Source: Eledone cirrhosa
Taxonomy: Eukaryota
Direction: 5' to 3'
Assembly: GCA_964016885.1 (NCBI GenBank)
Contig: OZ024743.1
Coordinates: 295,492,001-295,556,000 of the forward strand
DNA length: 64,000 nucleotides
Shown here: piece by piece, positions 47,538-62,903 of the stretch
Layout of the letters: the number at the start of each line of letters is the position of its first letter
Numbering within the stretch: the stretch's first letter is position 1
Made by a program: the position numbers and the translations under genes
Notes under the pieces: model-generated
The model's database searches: none
The model's input: the letters and a program-made list of their open reading frames with translations, nothing else
Told to the model about the DNA's origin: nothing

Positions 47538-48334
47538 ATAAGAGACTAATAAGGCTATCTTTGACAGGGCGGCACCTTACTATAACACGGCGTTAACTAA
47601 TAGCGGCTTCTCGCAACCTATTACTTACTCTCCCGCTATCAATAACAGCAATAAGAAAAGAAAACGTAACAATAGAAAAATTATCTGGTTCTCTCCTTCC
47701 TTCTCAGTCAACCTTAAAACCAATGTAGGCAAAACATTTCTAGCCCTCATAAATAGACATTTTCCCATAGGTCATAAATACCGCTCCATCTTTAACCGAC
47801 ACAAAGTAAAACTAGGATACTCCTGCGCTAAGAACATGAAGGTCCACATCACCAACAGCCCTAAGAGCAACACCCCCACCAGGGTGCTCTTGCCGTAAGC
47901 CCGAATCTTGTCCCCTTCAACAGCAATGCAACACACTCGCTGTAATTTATGAAGCTGTGGTCACTTCCAACGGACCAACTCAACCACAGGAGGTCAAATC
48001 CTATATGGGTATGGCGGGGGGATGATTTAAGGAACACTTACTAAACCACCAGTCGACCTTTAGGTACCCGGACAGACGTTCATCCACGAAACTCGCGATA
48101 CACGTATGGTCCCTCAAGAACTCAAGTATCGACTACACCATTCAATGGAAAGCCATCACTAAGTCCAAGACATACGCAAGGGGAAATCCGCCCTATGGAC
48201 TATGTATTGATGAACGAATAAATATTCTAAAGACATTAAGCAATATTGATTGCCTAAACACGAGAAATGAATTCTTCACACGTTGTCCATACGTCTCGAA
48301 ACACCTCTTACATAACTACAATGCTCCGGATTGA
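47538..48334 (+). pseudogene. PLE thumb/linker + GIY-YIG endonuclease (frameshifted, internal TGA at 48023); this forward copy is absent from the ORF track
   Basis: Manual translation gives AAPYYNTALTNSGF..RKIIWFSPSFSVNLKTNVGKTFL..KVKLGYSC, then CSCRKPESCPLQQQC..VIYEAVV..SYMGMA..HVWSLK..IQWK..LCIDERINI..LNTRNEFFTRC. Confidence 0.88.
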
Positions 48335-48503
48335 ATCAGAACAACATCATAATTTTCTTATCAACTAGAAACTTTTCGGATATTCGCAGTTATCTCCCTT
48401 ACACCTGTCGAACGCTTTTTAGTATTGCCTGTGTGAAGTGACGGTTTCTGCGCATGCGCGTTCGTACGGTTGTTCTCCCTGTTCCGTATCACCATGTCCA
48501 TTA

Positions 48504-48541
48504 CGAGCTGAGGATCCGCTAAGGTGAAACAATTGTTCTCG
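48504..48541 (+). ncRNA. Minimal type I HHR (mirror copy at 46953-46990 on minus)
   Basis: CGAG-CTGAGGA-tCC-gctaa-GGt-GAAA-CAATTG-TT-CTCG, with palindromic helix III. Confidence 0.8.
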
Positions 48542-48759
48542 GTATGGTGAACTAACTGTTGTGTAACCTCTACCTATCTCGTCCCATGGACTGAGTGCTC
48601 TACTACTACGAATATTACCTTCCAGTGTTCTACCACTATATATATATATATATATATATTTGGTGTGGGATGCTTAAAGCGTCCGTATGCAGTAGACCGT
48701 TGAGCACTCGATGCTCTTACACGTCTGATTCTCCGTTTCTTATGTGATATATTTATATA

Positions 48760-48815
<56 letters not shown>

Positions 48816-49109
48816 GAGTGCGTGTGTCTTTTACTTGTAATTCAGAGGGTCAGTCATGTCACACATTGCAATGATCGTTCTTGAGAACTACTTCATGGGT
48901 GCATCTATCTGTGGGATTTCTCAGTGGCTTGTTCCTTAATTCCAAGAGCAGGCCATTCAGATGCTTGAATTAATAGAATGCCTGTCGTCGTAGCCGACGG
49001 AGGCTCTACACAAAAACACGCATTGAACAAAAAAAATTATATCAATAAAGCTATTGAATATAGATAAGCAATCCACCTCAAGACGTAATTTGAATTATCT
49101 GAACAACAG

Positions 49110-49372
49110 ATCAGCCTAGTCATGAAATTAACGTGTGATTGGCTGAGCATTCTCAAGATTCGGGTCACCTTAATATAATTCTCAGCGAGATTCAGCATGA
49201 CACAAATAATGCCGAAACTGACTCATTGACTTGCAGCCACAACTCGTTTTTTCCAGTCGAGTGAACTGGAACAACATGAAATAAAATGTTTTGCTCAAGG
49301 ACACAGCGTACCGCCAGGAATCGATCTCGTGTCCTTAGGATCATAAGTTGAATAACCTAAGCCTAAGCCATA
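49110..49372 (-). mobile_element. Degenerate tRNA-derived SINE
   Basis: It contains GAACTGGAACAAC..TTGCTCAAGGACACA..CAGGAATCGATC. Similar segments lie at 3170-3310 and 21290-21460. Confidence 0.55.
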
Positions 49373-51987
49373 CATTCACTATTATAGTTGTAGATACTAA
49401 ATGAATATTACTGGTATCGACGTTATTCAATTCGACGAGGTAAAGAAAAGCCTTATATACGATATGATTCGAAATCAGAACCTGAAGAACGATACTAGAA
49501 AATGGTGACAATATATTGCCGTGCCTTTGCCTGAGCACATACCGATTTTGAGGTAAATGGGTAGTGATGTTAACATGGGTTGCAAATATATCACCCGCTT
49601 AAGTGTAGTGACGTTATTTCAAATGATCAGAATTATGTTTATATATATGCACACCTACGGGTTAAAAAATGCTTAGAAAAATTTAAATGAAAAATTTAAA
49701 TGAACCCCCTTTGATGAATGTTTCAATTTTTCGATGAACGAATTGCCTAAATAACTAGAGTAACGTGTAATGTACTGAATGTTTCACATATACATGTAGC
49801 CTTAACATCATTCTTGAAGATATTCAGCGTACCTGAGAATGAAACGGTCAGCCAATAAAATTACAGATACAATCCATTCGATAATCTTCCAAATACTTTC
49901 CATCTTCTCAATTTCACTCACAATTCTTGAGATAACACGCAGATAGTTCGAACCTGAAATGGCATGATTACAAAGTAAATATCTTAATCATTCAGTGACG
50001 CCGCGTCCTAGAAGACTTCTAAGCAGTTCCCAAGATTGCTCAGTTGGTAGAACTGGAATTTCTAAGAAATTATTAATCAATTTTGAAACGTTAGAAGTTT
50101 AAGAAGCACCTTTTGAAGTTACTGATTGAAGGAGAAATGTTTTCAAGTCACGGACAGTATAAAATAGTAATTTCAATACACAGGACATAATTTTTGAGGT
50201 GATTTCATTCTTTCAGATGTTTGTACTTGCTTAGATTTCATGACTTATTTTTATTCTTTTATCATTTAGTACATCCATAGAAGTGCATGCACACACAGAA
50301 AAATATTTAATTGAAGAAAGTGAGGCAATGCATTGCAGGTCACTATAGTAATGGTCGTCGGTGCGATTTATGTTTAACTGTTTAATTTAAGCTTCTGTAT
50401 GTCGGACTCTGTATTGGATTGCCGTTACTTTAGTGTATTGTTTAATAAGAATGTAAGAATGATATTTCTTACTTTCCAGGAAACCAAAGCCATTTTAGTA
50501 TTGAAGAAAGGTTCGATGATCTAACGGTAAGCAACTGAATACTGATCGGGGCGTAGAATTTGGGGAACTGAGGGATAAGCACAGACTTGACTAGAATTAT
50601 TTTGCATGTCCGCGTGCGAATTACGCGAGCCGTTAAAGCGAACGATAAAGTATTTTAAGGATATTCTTACTGGTTCTTGTACTGTGAGCTAAAATACAAC
50701 CAGCTTCTCCTTTCAATGTTTCGGCGTTGATAAAATAAACTAAATGTCATGATCTACGGGTGATAATTTTTAGGATCTCTGCCTTCCCAGTTCGAATCCC
50801 TCGATGTTCTACTCGGTTAGTAGACTTAAAACGTCGTCCAACTTAACTCCTCAACCTGGCGTGTCTGACTTTAATACAGTTCACTCCGCAGCAAACTTTT
50901 GGGCCAGATCGCCAGACTTAGGATATATTTTTTCTCTTCTTCCCATAAGCAGTCTAATTGATCCTGTAAAAAGTCATAGGCACTGCATTTTGCTCCCTGG
51001 TTAAGCATTTCTAAAATAAATAAAAAATGCTGTCCAATGCTTCGAACATACATATATTAATGAATATATTAATGAATTGTGTTTTTTTTCACTCCATTAA
51101 ATCCCATTATGAATATTCAATTTACAGCTTATGTCTCAATCAATGAAATTTAAAGCAGGCTGGGTAACGTATCACTTAATATCCTATTGTAAAAGAAATG
51201 TTCTAATCGTTAGTGCAATCTACATACCAGTTAATGAGACAGAAATATATCCTCCTTCTGATCAGAGCCGGAATACTTTTGACCATGGGTTATCTAGACC
51301 AGGATTAATCTAGGGTTAAATGACGCCGAAAACACTAATATCAGTAACATCAGCATTGCCGATTATAGGAAATTAAATCTTACGACAGACAGACGCCCTA
51401 TGGGGTTGAAATGTATTATTCATTGTCTGAACATTAATTCCAGTATACTATACGATAATCCCAATAAACGAAAGAGACATCAACATTTCGCTTGTTTAAG
51501 CAAATGGCTGAAATAGCGAAATCACGCTGTAAATAGTTTTGTATTTTTGATCTTCTATTCTACCAGGCAGTGACCTACAGTTAAATTGCAAGCAAAAATA
51601 AACTTAACTAAAGAACAATTAAAGATTAAAATATTCTATTCCAGACACATCACTTAAGATATATCCTGATTTACATAAACATTATATTTGTTGTCTCTTT
51701 TGTGTCTTAATGTTATGTTTTGTTATTTTGGCCTTAGAAACAACAATAAATTCAATCACCCTTCTCAAATTCTCTTTGTCTCACTTACGACGCACTCAAA
51801 CATTCACAGACACAGACACATATAGACAGGTATATATATCTGATTGTGTGAGTCTGAGTAATGGTTTTCAAAGAGACTAGGAAAATAGAAAAAAGGTGCG
51901 CACACACTCACACACACACATACATATATATATATGTTTATATATATATATATATATACATATATGTTTATATATATATATATATAC

Positions 51988-52040
<53 letters not shown>

Positions 52041-52044
<4 letters not shown>

Positions 52045-52458
52045 TATTTTTGGAGGGTCATATTGCCAATAAGAAACAAATAAAACACACACAGACAGCC
52101 GGATATAACGCATGCGCAACTTAAGAACACAACAAAGACAAAATCAAGATGGCGTAAGAAACAACAAAGGAGAGGCACAAAATAAAGAAAAGAATCCACA
52201 GTCACTGAAGAGGTCACAGAATGTGTGACGAAAGAACTTTGACAATATAAGAACAACCATCCGGTTGTGGAACCAAACAACTAACCGGAAATTTATAAAA
52301 TTTATATTTATAAATTTTATAAAATTTATAATAGATTGAAGTGAAAGCTACTGGTGCGTGTATTTCTTATTTGCAACATGACCCTCCCAAAGTATAACAA
52401 TATCCGTTTCAACACACGTTTTCAGATAAAGTATCTTGGTAACCAAATTCAGAAACGA
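52041..52458 (+). mobile_element. PLE pLTR insertion with short inverted arm, HHR (52201-52243) and tail
   Basis: The HHR reads GTCA-CTGAAGA-gGTCAC..GTGAC-GAAA-GAAC-TT-TGAC. 52041-52076 resembles the reverse complement of ~52362-52398. Confidence 0.75.
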
Positions 52459-52749
52459 TATATATATTTATATATATATTATGTCTGTAGATTACAGACA
52501 TTCTGTCTGTAGATTACAGACATTCAGATACATTTGCCCTAAATTTTAGAATTACGCACACTTTTTCACTATACGTATACATGTGTGCATATACATATAT
52601 GCACATCTGTGAGCGTATATACATACATATACACACACCTAACTATATTTCTTGATAGATTTTTATATATTTCAATTTCTAATTCATTTGTCTATATCTT
52701 TTTTTGATTTTCTTGATGAGTTTTTCTAAGTATTTACCCATGTTTTATA

Positions 52750-52824
52750 TTGCCTCGTCTGACGAACGAATGAAGACGTTTATTCGTATTCGCCTCATTC
52801 GGGAAACCTCTGGTAATGAGGTAA
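52750..52824 (+). ncRNA. Canonical type I HHR
   Basis: TTGCCTCGT-CTGACGA-aCGAATGA..TCATTCGg-GAAA-CC-tct-GG-TA-ATGAGGTAA. Helix I is 9 bp, helix II is 7 bp and the triplet is GUA. Confidence 0.88.
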
Positions 52825-52859
52825 TTATATTGTATTGATTTTATACATTATATATATAT

Positions 52860-52945
<86 letters not shown>

Positions 52946-54285
52946 ATATTATATATATTATATATTATATATATATATATATTATATATATATATATATT
53001 ATATATATATATATATATTATATATATATATATATATTATATATATATATATATATATATTGTATATATATATATTATTATATATATATATATATATTAT
53101 ATATATATCTATATATATATATATTATATATTATATATATATCTATATATATATATATTATATATTATATATATATCTATATATATATATATTATATATA
53201 TATATATATATATTATAATATATATCTATATATATATACATATATATTATATATATATCTATATATATATACATATATATTATATATATATCTATATATA
53301 TATATATTATATATTATATATATATCTATATATATATATATTATATATATCTATATATCTATATATATATTATATATATATCTATATATATATATTATTA
53401 TATATATATCTATATATATATATATTATATATATATCTATATATATTATATATATATCTATATATATATATATTATATATATATCTATATATATATATAT
53501 TATATATATATCTATATATATATATATTATATATATATCTATATATATATATATTATATATATATCTATATATATATATATTATATATATATCTATATAT
53601 ATATATATTATATATATATCTATATATATATATATATCTATATATATATATATCTATATATATATCTATATATATATATATCTATATATATATCTATATA
53701 TCTATATATTATATATATATCTATATATATATATATCTATATATATATCTATATATATATATATCTATATATATATCTATATATATATATATCTATATAT
53801 ATATATATTATATATATATATATTATATATATATATTATATATATATATATTATATATATATTATATATTATATATATATATATTATATATATATATATA
53901 TTATATATGATATATATATATATTATATATATATATATATTATATATGATATATATATATATTATATATATATATATTATATATGATATATATATATATT
54001 ATATATATATATTATATATATATATATATATTATATATATATATATTATATATATATATATATTATATATATATATATTATATATATATATAATATATGG
54101 CCTCAGCATATATATTATATAATATATGCCTCAGCCGGATGGCTGAAACAGGTAAAAGAGTAAAACAGTATTATATATATTATATATATATATTATATAT
54201 ATATATAATATATATATATTATATTATATATATTATATATATATATTATATATATATATTATATATATTATATATATATATTTAT

Positions 54286-54333
<48 letters not shown>

Positions 54334-54416
54334 TATATATATATATTATATATATATATAATATATATATATATATATTATATTATATATATATATATTA
54401 TCTATATATATATATA

Positions 54417-54563
54417 ATTGTTTCTACTTTTGGCACAAGGCCAGTAATTACCCAGTGCACTACTGGTACTTTATTTTATCGACCCCGTAAGGATGAAAGG
54501 CAAAGTTAACCTCGGCGGGATTTGAACTCAGAATGGCAAGGGCCGTAACTATGCGTCAAAGCA
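54417..54563 (-). mobile_element. tRNA/Meta-like SINE copy (5'-truncated)
   Basis: Closely similar to 3529-3676. Confidence 0.75.
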
Positions 54564-54801
54564 TAATATATATATATATATATATAATATATATATATAT
54601 ATTATATATATATATAATGTATATATATATATATATTATATATATATATATATTATATATATATATTATCTATATATATATATTATCTATATATATATAT
54701 TATATATATATAGATATATAATAATATATATATATATATTATATATATATATATATTATCTATATATATATTATCTATATATATATATTATATATATATA
54801 T

Positions 54802-54871
<70 letters not shown>

Positions 54872-54879
54872 ATATATAT

Positions 54880-54933
<54 letters not shown>

Positions 54934-55171
54934 AATATATTATATATATATTATATTATATATATTATATATATATATTATATATATATATATATTATAT
55001 ATATATATTATCTATATATATATATTATCTATATATATATATTATATATAATATATATATTATATATATATTATATATTATATATATATATATATATATT
55101 ATATATTTATATATATATTATATATATATATATTATATATATATATATATTATTTATATATATATATATAT

Positions 55172-55204
<33 letters not shown>

Positions 55205-55253
55205 ATATATATATTATATATATATATTATATATATATTATATATATATATAT

Positions 55254-55286
<33 letters not shown>

Positions 55287-55598
55287 ATATATATGTTATA
55301 TATATATTATATATATATATATATATTATATATTATATATATATATATATATTATATATATATATATTATATATATATATATTATATATATATATATTAT
55401 ATATATTATATATATATATGATATATATATATATATATTATATATATATGATATATATATATATATATTATATATATATATATTATATATATATATATTA
55501 TATATATATATATTATATATATTATATATATATATGATATATATATATATATTATATATATATAATATATAAATATATATATTATACATATATATATT

Positions 55599-55629
<31 letters not shown>

Positions 55630-55655
55630 ATATATATATTATACATATATATATT

Positions 55656-55686
<31 letters not shown>

Positions 55687-56510
55687 ATATATTATATATA
55701 TATATATATTATATATATATATATATATTATATATATATATATATATATACATTATATATATATACATTATATGTATATATATATACATTATATATATAT
55801 ACATTATATGTATATATACATTATATGTATATATACATTATATGTATATATACATTATATGTATATATACATTATATGTATATATACATTATATATATAT
55901 ACATTATACATTATATATATATATACATTATATATATATATATATATACATTATATATATATATATACATTATATATATATATATATACATTATATATAT
56001 ACATAATATGTTTATATATATATACATTATATATATATATATATACATTATATATATATATATATATACATTATATATATATATATCCATTATATATATA
56101 TATATACATTATATATATATATATATACATTATATATATATATATATATATATACAATATATATATATATATATATCCATTATATATATATATATATACA
56201 TTATATATATATATATATCCATTATATATATATATATATACATTATATATATATATATATACATTATATATATATATATATACATTATATATATATATAT
56301 ATACATTATATATATATATATATACATTATATATATATCTATCCATTATATATATATATATACATTATATATATATATATATACATTATATATATATATA
56401 TATATACAATATATATATATATATATATCCATTATATATATATATATACATTATATATATATATATACAATATATATATATATATACATTATATATATAT
56501 ATATATACAT

Positions 56511-56542
<32 letters not shown>

Positions 56543-56690
56543 ATATTATATATATTATATATATATACATTATATATATATATTATATATATATATTATA
56601 TATATATACATATATATATATTATATATATATATTATATATATATACATATATATATATATTTATATATATATATTATATATATATATAC

Positions 56691-56731
<41 letters not shown>

Positions 56732-56806
56732 CATTATATATATATATATATACATTATATATATATATACATTATATATATATATACATTATATATATAT
56801 ATACAT

Positions 56807-56842
<36 letters not shown>

Positions 56843-56852
56843 ATATATACAT

Positions 56853-56937
<85 letters not shown>

Positions 56938-56939
<2 letters not shown>

Positions 56940-57052
56940 AGGTATAGGATTTGCACGTAGCGGAACTAGGCTGCAGTACCACCGTGGAAACACTTGTAAG
57001 CACACGGAATAAACTACCTTTTTATGATGTCTACCTGTTATTATTCATTCTT

Positions 57053-57054
<2 letters not shown>
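56938..57054 (-). mobile_element. Mini insertion of the 39260-41121 PLE family
   Basis: TAGGTATAGGATT is the reverse complement of the tail end (41108-41120). It is fused to a near-identical copy of ~40872-40980. Confidence 0.85.
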
Positions 57055-57127
<73 letters not shown>

Positions 57128-57128
57128 A

Positions 57129-57183
<55 letters not shown>

Positions 57184-57240
57184 ATATATTATATATATAT
57201 ATATATTATATATATATATATATTATATATATATATATAT

Positions 57241-57288
<48 letters not shown>

Positions 57289-57294
57289 ATATAT

Positions 57295-57342
<48 letters not shown>

Positions 57343-57348
57343 ATATAT

Positions 57349-57380
<32 letters not shown>

Positions 57381-57452
57381 ATATTATATATATATATATA
57401 TTATATATATATATTATATATATATATATATATTATATATATATATATATAT

Positions 57453-57521
<69 letters not shown>

Positions 57522-57733
57522 ATATATTATATATATATATATATTACATATATATATATATTATATATATATATATATATATTACATATATATATATATT
57601 ATATATATATATATATATATTACATTATATATATATATTATATATATATATATATATTACATATATATATATATTATATATATATATATATATTATATAT
57701 ATATATATATATATTACATATATATATATATAT

Positions 57734-57765
<32 letters not shown>

Positions 57766-57771
57766 ATATAT

Positions 57772-57803
<32 letters not shown>

Positions 57804-57809
57804 ATATAT

Positions 57810-57841
<32 letters not shown>

Positions 57842-57908
57842 ATATATATATTACATATATATATATATTATATATATATATATATATATATTACATATAT
57901 ATATATAT

Positions 57909-57940
<32 letters not shown>

Positions 57941-58016
57941 ATATATATTACATATATATATATATTATATATATATATATATTACATATATATATATATT
58001 ATATATATATATATAT

Positions 58017-58050
<34 letters not shown>

Positions 58051-58227
58051 ATATACATATATATTTATATATATATATACATATATATTTATATATATTA
58101 TATATATATATATACATATATATTTATATATATATATACATATATATTTATATATATATTTATATATATATATACATATATATTTATATATATATATATA
58201 TATTATATATATATATACATATATATT

Positions 58228-58258
<31 letters not shown>

Positions 58259-58266
58259 ATATTTAT

Positions 58267-58339
58267 AGCGGCGATGAGTGTGTTCTGTTATTAATTCTGG
58301 CAATATTACGCAAATATGACCCTCCCCAAATATAACAAT
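58267..58339 (-). mobile_element. Mini insertion of the 63488/52041 PLE family
   Basis: CGGCGATGA is the tail end seen at 63489. It is fused to GTGTGTTCTGTTATTAATTCTGGCAATATT..CCCCAAATATAACAATA, the reverse complement of ~63545-63600. Confidence 0.75.
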
Positions 58340-58387
58340 ATATATTTATATATATATATATATTATATATATATATACATATATATT

Positions 58388-58462
<75 letters not shown>

Positions 58463-58488
58463 ATATATTATATATATATATACATATA

Positions 58489-58530
<42 letters not shown>

Positions 58531-58608
58531 ATATACATATATATTTATATATATATATACATGTATATTTATATATATATATATATATTATATATATATA
58601 TACATATA

Positions 58609-58687
<79 letters not shown>

Positions 58688-58691
<4 letters not shown>

Positions 58692-59525
58692 ATAGGGAGA
58701 AAGAGACGATTATTAGGAAGAAAATATATTTTTTCCTTTTTTGTTTCTCTCACTCTTTTTTCTGGGTTAGAAAATGATTAAAACGGAATGTTTTACTTTG
58801 TGTTAAGGTATTAGTTGATTTATTTATTATTTAACAATGGCATTTATTTATCTAATTATATATTTAATTATTGTCTATTACCGGTTTCACCATTTTTATG
58901 TATTATCAAATGATAGTGAAATGTATTAGTGTGGTGTCGCACATGTTAAACAGAAGGTGCAGAAAGAATAATGTTATTTACAAACAAGGTTTATGAAGTG
59001 AAAAGAAAAAAAGAAAAAGGAAAAAAAACGTGCATAATGTAGAGTATAAAAAGTCAATCTGGAAGAAAAAATAATGTTATTTACAAGCATAGTTATTGAC
59101 GTTAAGCAGATCAAAATGTGTTAATATAGCAAGAGTTGTTAGTTGATCCATGATTCTATGATAGAGGCAAATGGTGGAGTGAGGTTTGATATGATTTCCC
59201 TTTTTAGAGAGTTAATATATAGGGTGAAGCAATTCTTGCTGGATGATATTTAATTTATTTAAGAAAAAGGAGTGGGTAGGGTGTGAGGGAGGTAACTCTT
59301 GTAAATGTTTGATTGTTTGTTGCAGTTTTAGATTAGTCCGATTTTTAGAGCATTAAGTAGGGGTTGGAATTTATTAATCATTTTCTAACTCAGAAAAAAG
59401 AGAGAGAGAAACAAAAAAGGAAAACAATATAATTTTCTTCCTAATAATCGTCTCTTTCTCCCTGTTTTCGTATATATATATATATATCCTAACTCGTGTG
59501 CCTCCTCTCCACATTTTATTATTTT
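58688..59525. mobile_element. Foldback PLE-type insertion (long minus arm, ~95-bp plus arm, short tail)
   Basis: 58688-58781 is approximately the reverse complement of 59376-59469. A degenerate TTGATAA..GAAACCGGTA HHR lies on minus at ~58875-58916. Confidence 0.65.
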
Positions 59526-59551
59526 ATATATATATATACATATATATATAT

Positions 59552-59901
59552 ATTAGAAAGTGAGGTTTTTTTTACAAAATGAAAAATAACCGAGGTGTCC
59601 TACACGAGTGAAAGTATAAAGAAAAAGAGATGAAATCGAAAATGCAACTGGAGTCTTATTTAAAAAAAATATATATATAAGGAACTTTACCGGTTTCGCA
59701 GTTCTTCTGCTTTTCAAAAGGTGAGTTGAGATGGAGGGTCTGTGGTTTTTCTCACAGATGTGAGAAAAACCACAGACCCTCCATCTCAACTCACCTTTTG
59801 AAAAGCAGAAGATCTGCGAAACCGATAAAGGAACCAAATAAATATATATATATTTTTTTTAAATAAGACTCCAGTTGCATTTTCTATTTCATCTCTTTTT
59901 C
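59552..59901 (-). mobile_element. Foldback PLE pLTR insertion with a U3-A8 variant HHR in each arm
   Basis: The palindrome is centred at ~59758 and the tail is 59552-59617. The HHR reads CCTT-TTGAAAA-GCAG-aagaw-CTGC-GAAA-CCGR-TA-AAG at 59794-59831 (+) and 59685-59721 (-). Confidence 0.8.
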
Positions 59902-59914
59902 TATATATATATAC

Positions 59915-60115
<201 letters not shown>

Positions 60116-60140
60116 TATATATATACATATATATATATAC

Positions 60141-60187
<47 letters not shown>

Positions 60188-60244
60188 TATATACATATAT
60201 ATATATATATACACATATATATACACATATATATATATATATAC

Positions 60245-60279
<35 letters not shown>

Positions 60280-60280
60280 C

Positions 60281-60341
<61 letters not shown>

Positions 60342-60342
60342 C

Positions 60343-60399
<57 letters not shown>

Positions 60400-60512
60400 C
60401 ATATATATATATACATATATATATACATACATATATATGTACATATATATATATACATACATATATATGTACATATATATATACATACATATATATATAC
60501 ATATATATATAC

Positions 60513-60560
<48 letters not shown>

Positions 60561-60588
60561 GTATATATATATACATATATATATATAC

Positions 60589-60738
<150 letters not shown>

Positions 60739-61261
60739 CATATACATTGTTTATATATGTTATATCTGTATGAATATGTTTACATAAATATGTGTGAGTG
60801 TGCAGTGTATATTTGTAAATGTACACACAAGTAGAGAAACTAAAGCTCTTAAATGTAATATGCCTATTATTACTGGACATATATTCGTATAACCTCACTC
60901 TACATGTTAACTCCAATCACACGATTACAAGAAGTTTAAGTAGACTGGCCTTTTGAAGAAATTCTATGACATAATCCCATTGTTGAAATATATATGATCG
61001 GTACCTTGCACACATTGAAACATCTTACCGTAGCAAATATACATACATGTGATAGTCTTTGTATTGATAGTCTATGTATTGACTGTTAGTATTCGGGAGA
61101 TAGGGAGAGAGATGTGTAGAATCTCAACTAAGGCGCCAAGTGGTTTAAGCTTGGCACCGTGGTCGGGATTTTACACATCTCTATATTCATTCTACATCTC
61201 CCCATGTATCGAGTACTTACATGATTAGTTGTCTCCTCGGTCTCAACACCGCAGACTCTCC

Positions 61262-61293
<32 letters not shown>

Positions 61294-61629
61294 GCGTGCT
61301 TGTGTGTATATTATATCTGTATGTATATTTTGGTTATATTATGAATTTCCAACAGTGGAGAGAAAGTCGATTTCTAACTTAGAAATGTGACGCCTTTATT
61401 GGTATTTAGACAACATCAACTAGGTAAGTAGGTATGTTTGTCTGTATGTCTGTACGTGTTTGTTCGTGTGTACAGGTATGGGTGTTATTGCATGCGTAGA
61501 TTTGTATGTTTGGCGTTACATGTTTATACGTGTATATATTTCTATATTTATACATGTGTATATGCAGTTATTACATGCTGAATTTCTGAAATGTTTTACA
61601 TGTTTTTACAATTTCATTAATGAACTGTA

Positions 61630-62790
61630 CTTGCAAATTCCTATCTAGCTGGGCCTTATCTAGTTCTGTGAAGCCAGGTTTCTGCAGATTTGTACTAAGA
61701 GATTTAGTAACATATCCCAGAGCCACAATGATCAGAGGTATAAATCTAAAAGTATAGCCATAGGAGTATCTGTAGATTTTTCATTAATTCACCAAAATCT
61801 TCTCCTTTTCGCTAATCTTTAACATCATATTGACATCTGCTGGGCAGATAGTGTGCATGCCTTCTTTACTCCGTCGCAAAACTCTATGTCTGGTCTGTTG
61901 GGTTTGCATTTTGTTGAGTATTTGACTGGAACATTCCACCAATACTCTTTCATATTATGTATGATTATATCTTCCACAGCACAATAACGTGTTATACGAT
62001 TATTCTTAGACCTATCCTTTCTACAGATTGCATTGTATAGTCTTCAAAGATAGATAGTATCGTGACGACATCTTTGGACAGCTGCTTATGATGTGGGTGG
62101 CATCGTTGTTTATTCCTCGAAGTTTGCATTTGTTGTTACATCTAGTTGATTTACCTGCGTCTTTATCTCATTTGTGTATCAGATATTTTGTATTTTTTCC
62201 CATTCTTCGATTACGAAAACATATCCCCAATGTCAGAGCCAAATTACCGGTTGTTGGTAAAAGATGGACTGCTTTGCTTATTTAAATTCCCCACTTTGAA
62301 GCTTTCTTGGAACATATATACATGAGATTATACTATAAATGAGATTATACACTTAGTGGTTTGTAGATGTCGGAGGGATATGAAGCTACCCTCAAATACT
62401 GTTTGGATTGATGTTAAACCTATGCCTCCCTGCTTACGTTTCATGTAGAGGCGGACAGTGTCACTGTTGATTTCCGCTGCCAGTTAGAACGTTTCGGGTT
62501 TTATCATCGGATCTCATTAAGCGTCCAGTCAAGTAGTCCAAATGTAGGTGTTAGCACAAGCACAGCAAACGAATTGTGAGCTACTGATTTATTGTGCAAA
62601 GAGAGTTCAGAAGATCATATATTTTCTTATTCGGATATTACATTCCCTGGTTTGTCGTCCCTTGTTACAAATACCATCATTGGATATTATTTCAACTGTC
62701 CCTAAGTATCTGTAGTATTCTTCGTTAAATACTGGTGAAACAACCACGCCATTAATAGTAATGTTCCTAGATTTGGCTTTTAAGTTTGTA
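61630..62790 (-). pseudogene. Degraded R4/Dong-like (RLE-type) non-LTR retrotransposon 3' region
   Basis: Minus-strand pieces read YYRYLG, VLTPTFGLLDWT, RLYMKRKQGGIGL, RCNNKCKL..THIISSCPKMS, RHD and PNRPDI. Confidence 0.7.
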
Positions 62791-62861
62791 TGTGACAAAC
62801 TGCAATATGGTCACATTTACATCATATGTTTTCTATTTGACAGTATCAAATATTCGCTAAT

Positions 62862-62903
<42 letters not shown>

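Larger units (their letters stand above)
46921..48636 (+). mobile_element. 5'-truncated Naiad-type PLE with ~615-bp inverted arm (46921-47537), EN region, pLTR and ~63-bp tail
   Basis: The left arm is a diverged reverse complement of ~47958-48573. (TA)n flanks both sides. Confidence 0.9.
52848..58687. repeat. ~5.8-kb compound (TA)n-derived satellite with TTA/TCTA/CATTA variants and small embedded element fragments
   Basis: Read directly from the sequence. Confidence 0.95.

Noticed and set aside
48023-48025. Second in-frame TGA as selenocysteine
   Set aside because: The inverted arm has CGA (Arg) at the same codon, so this is CpG decay.
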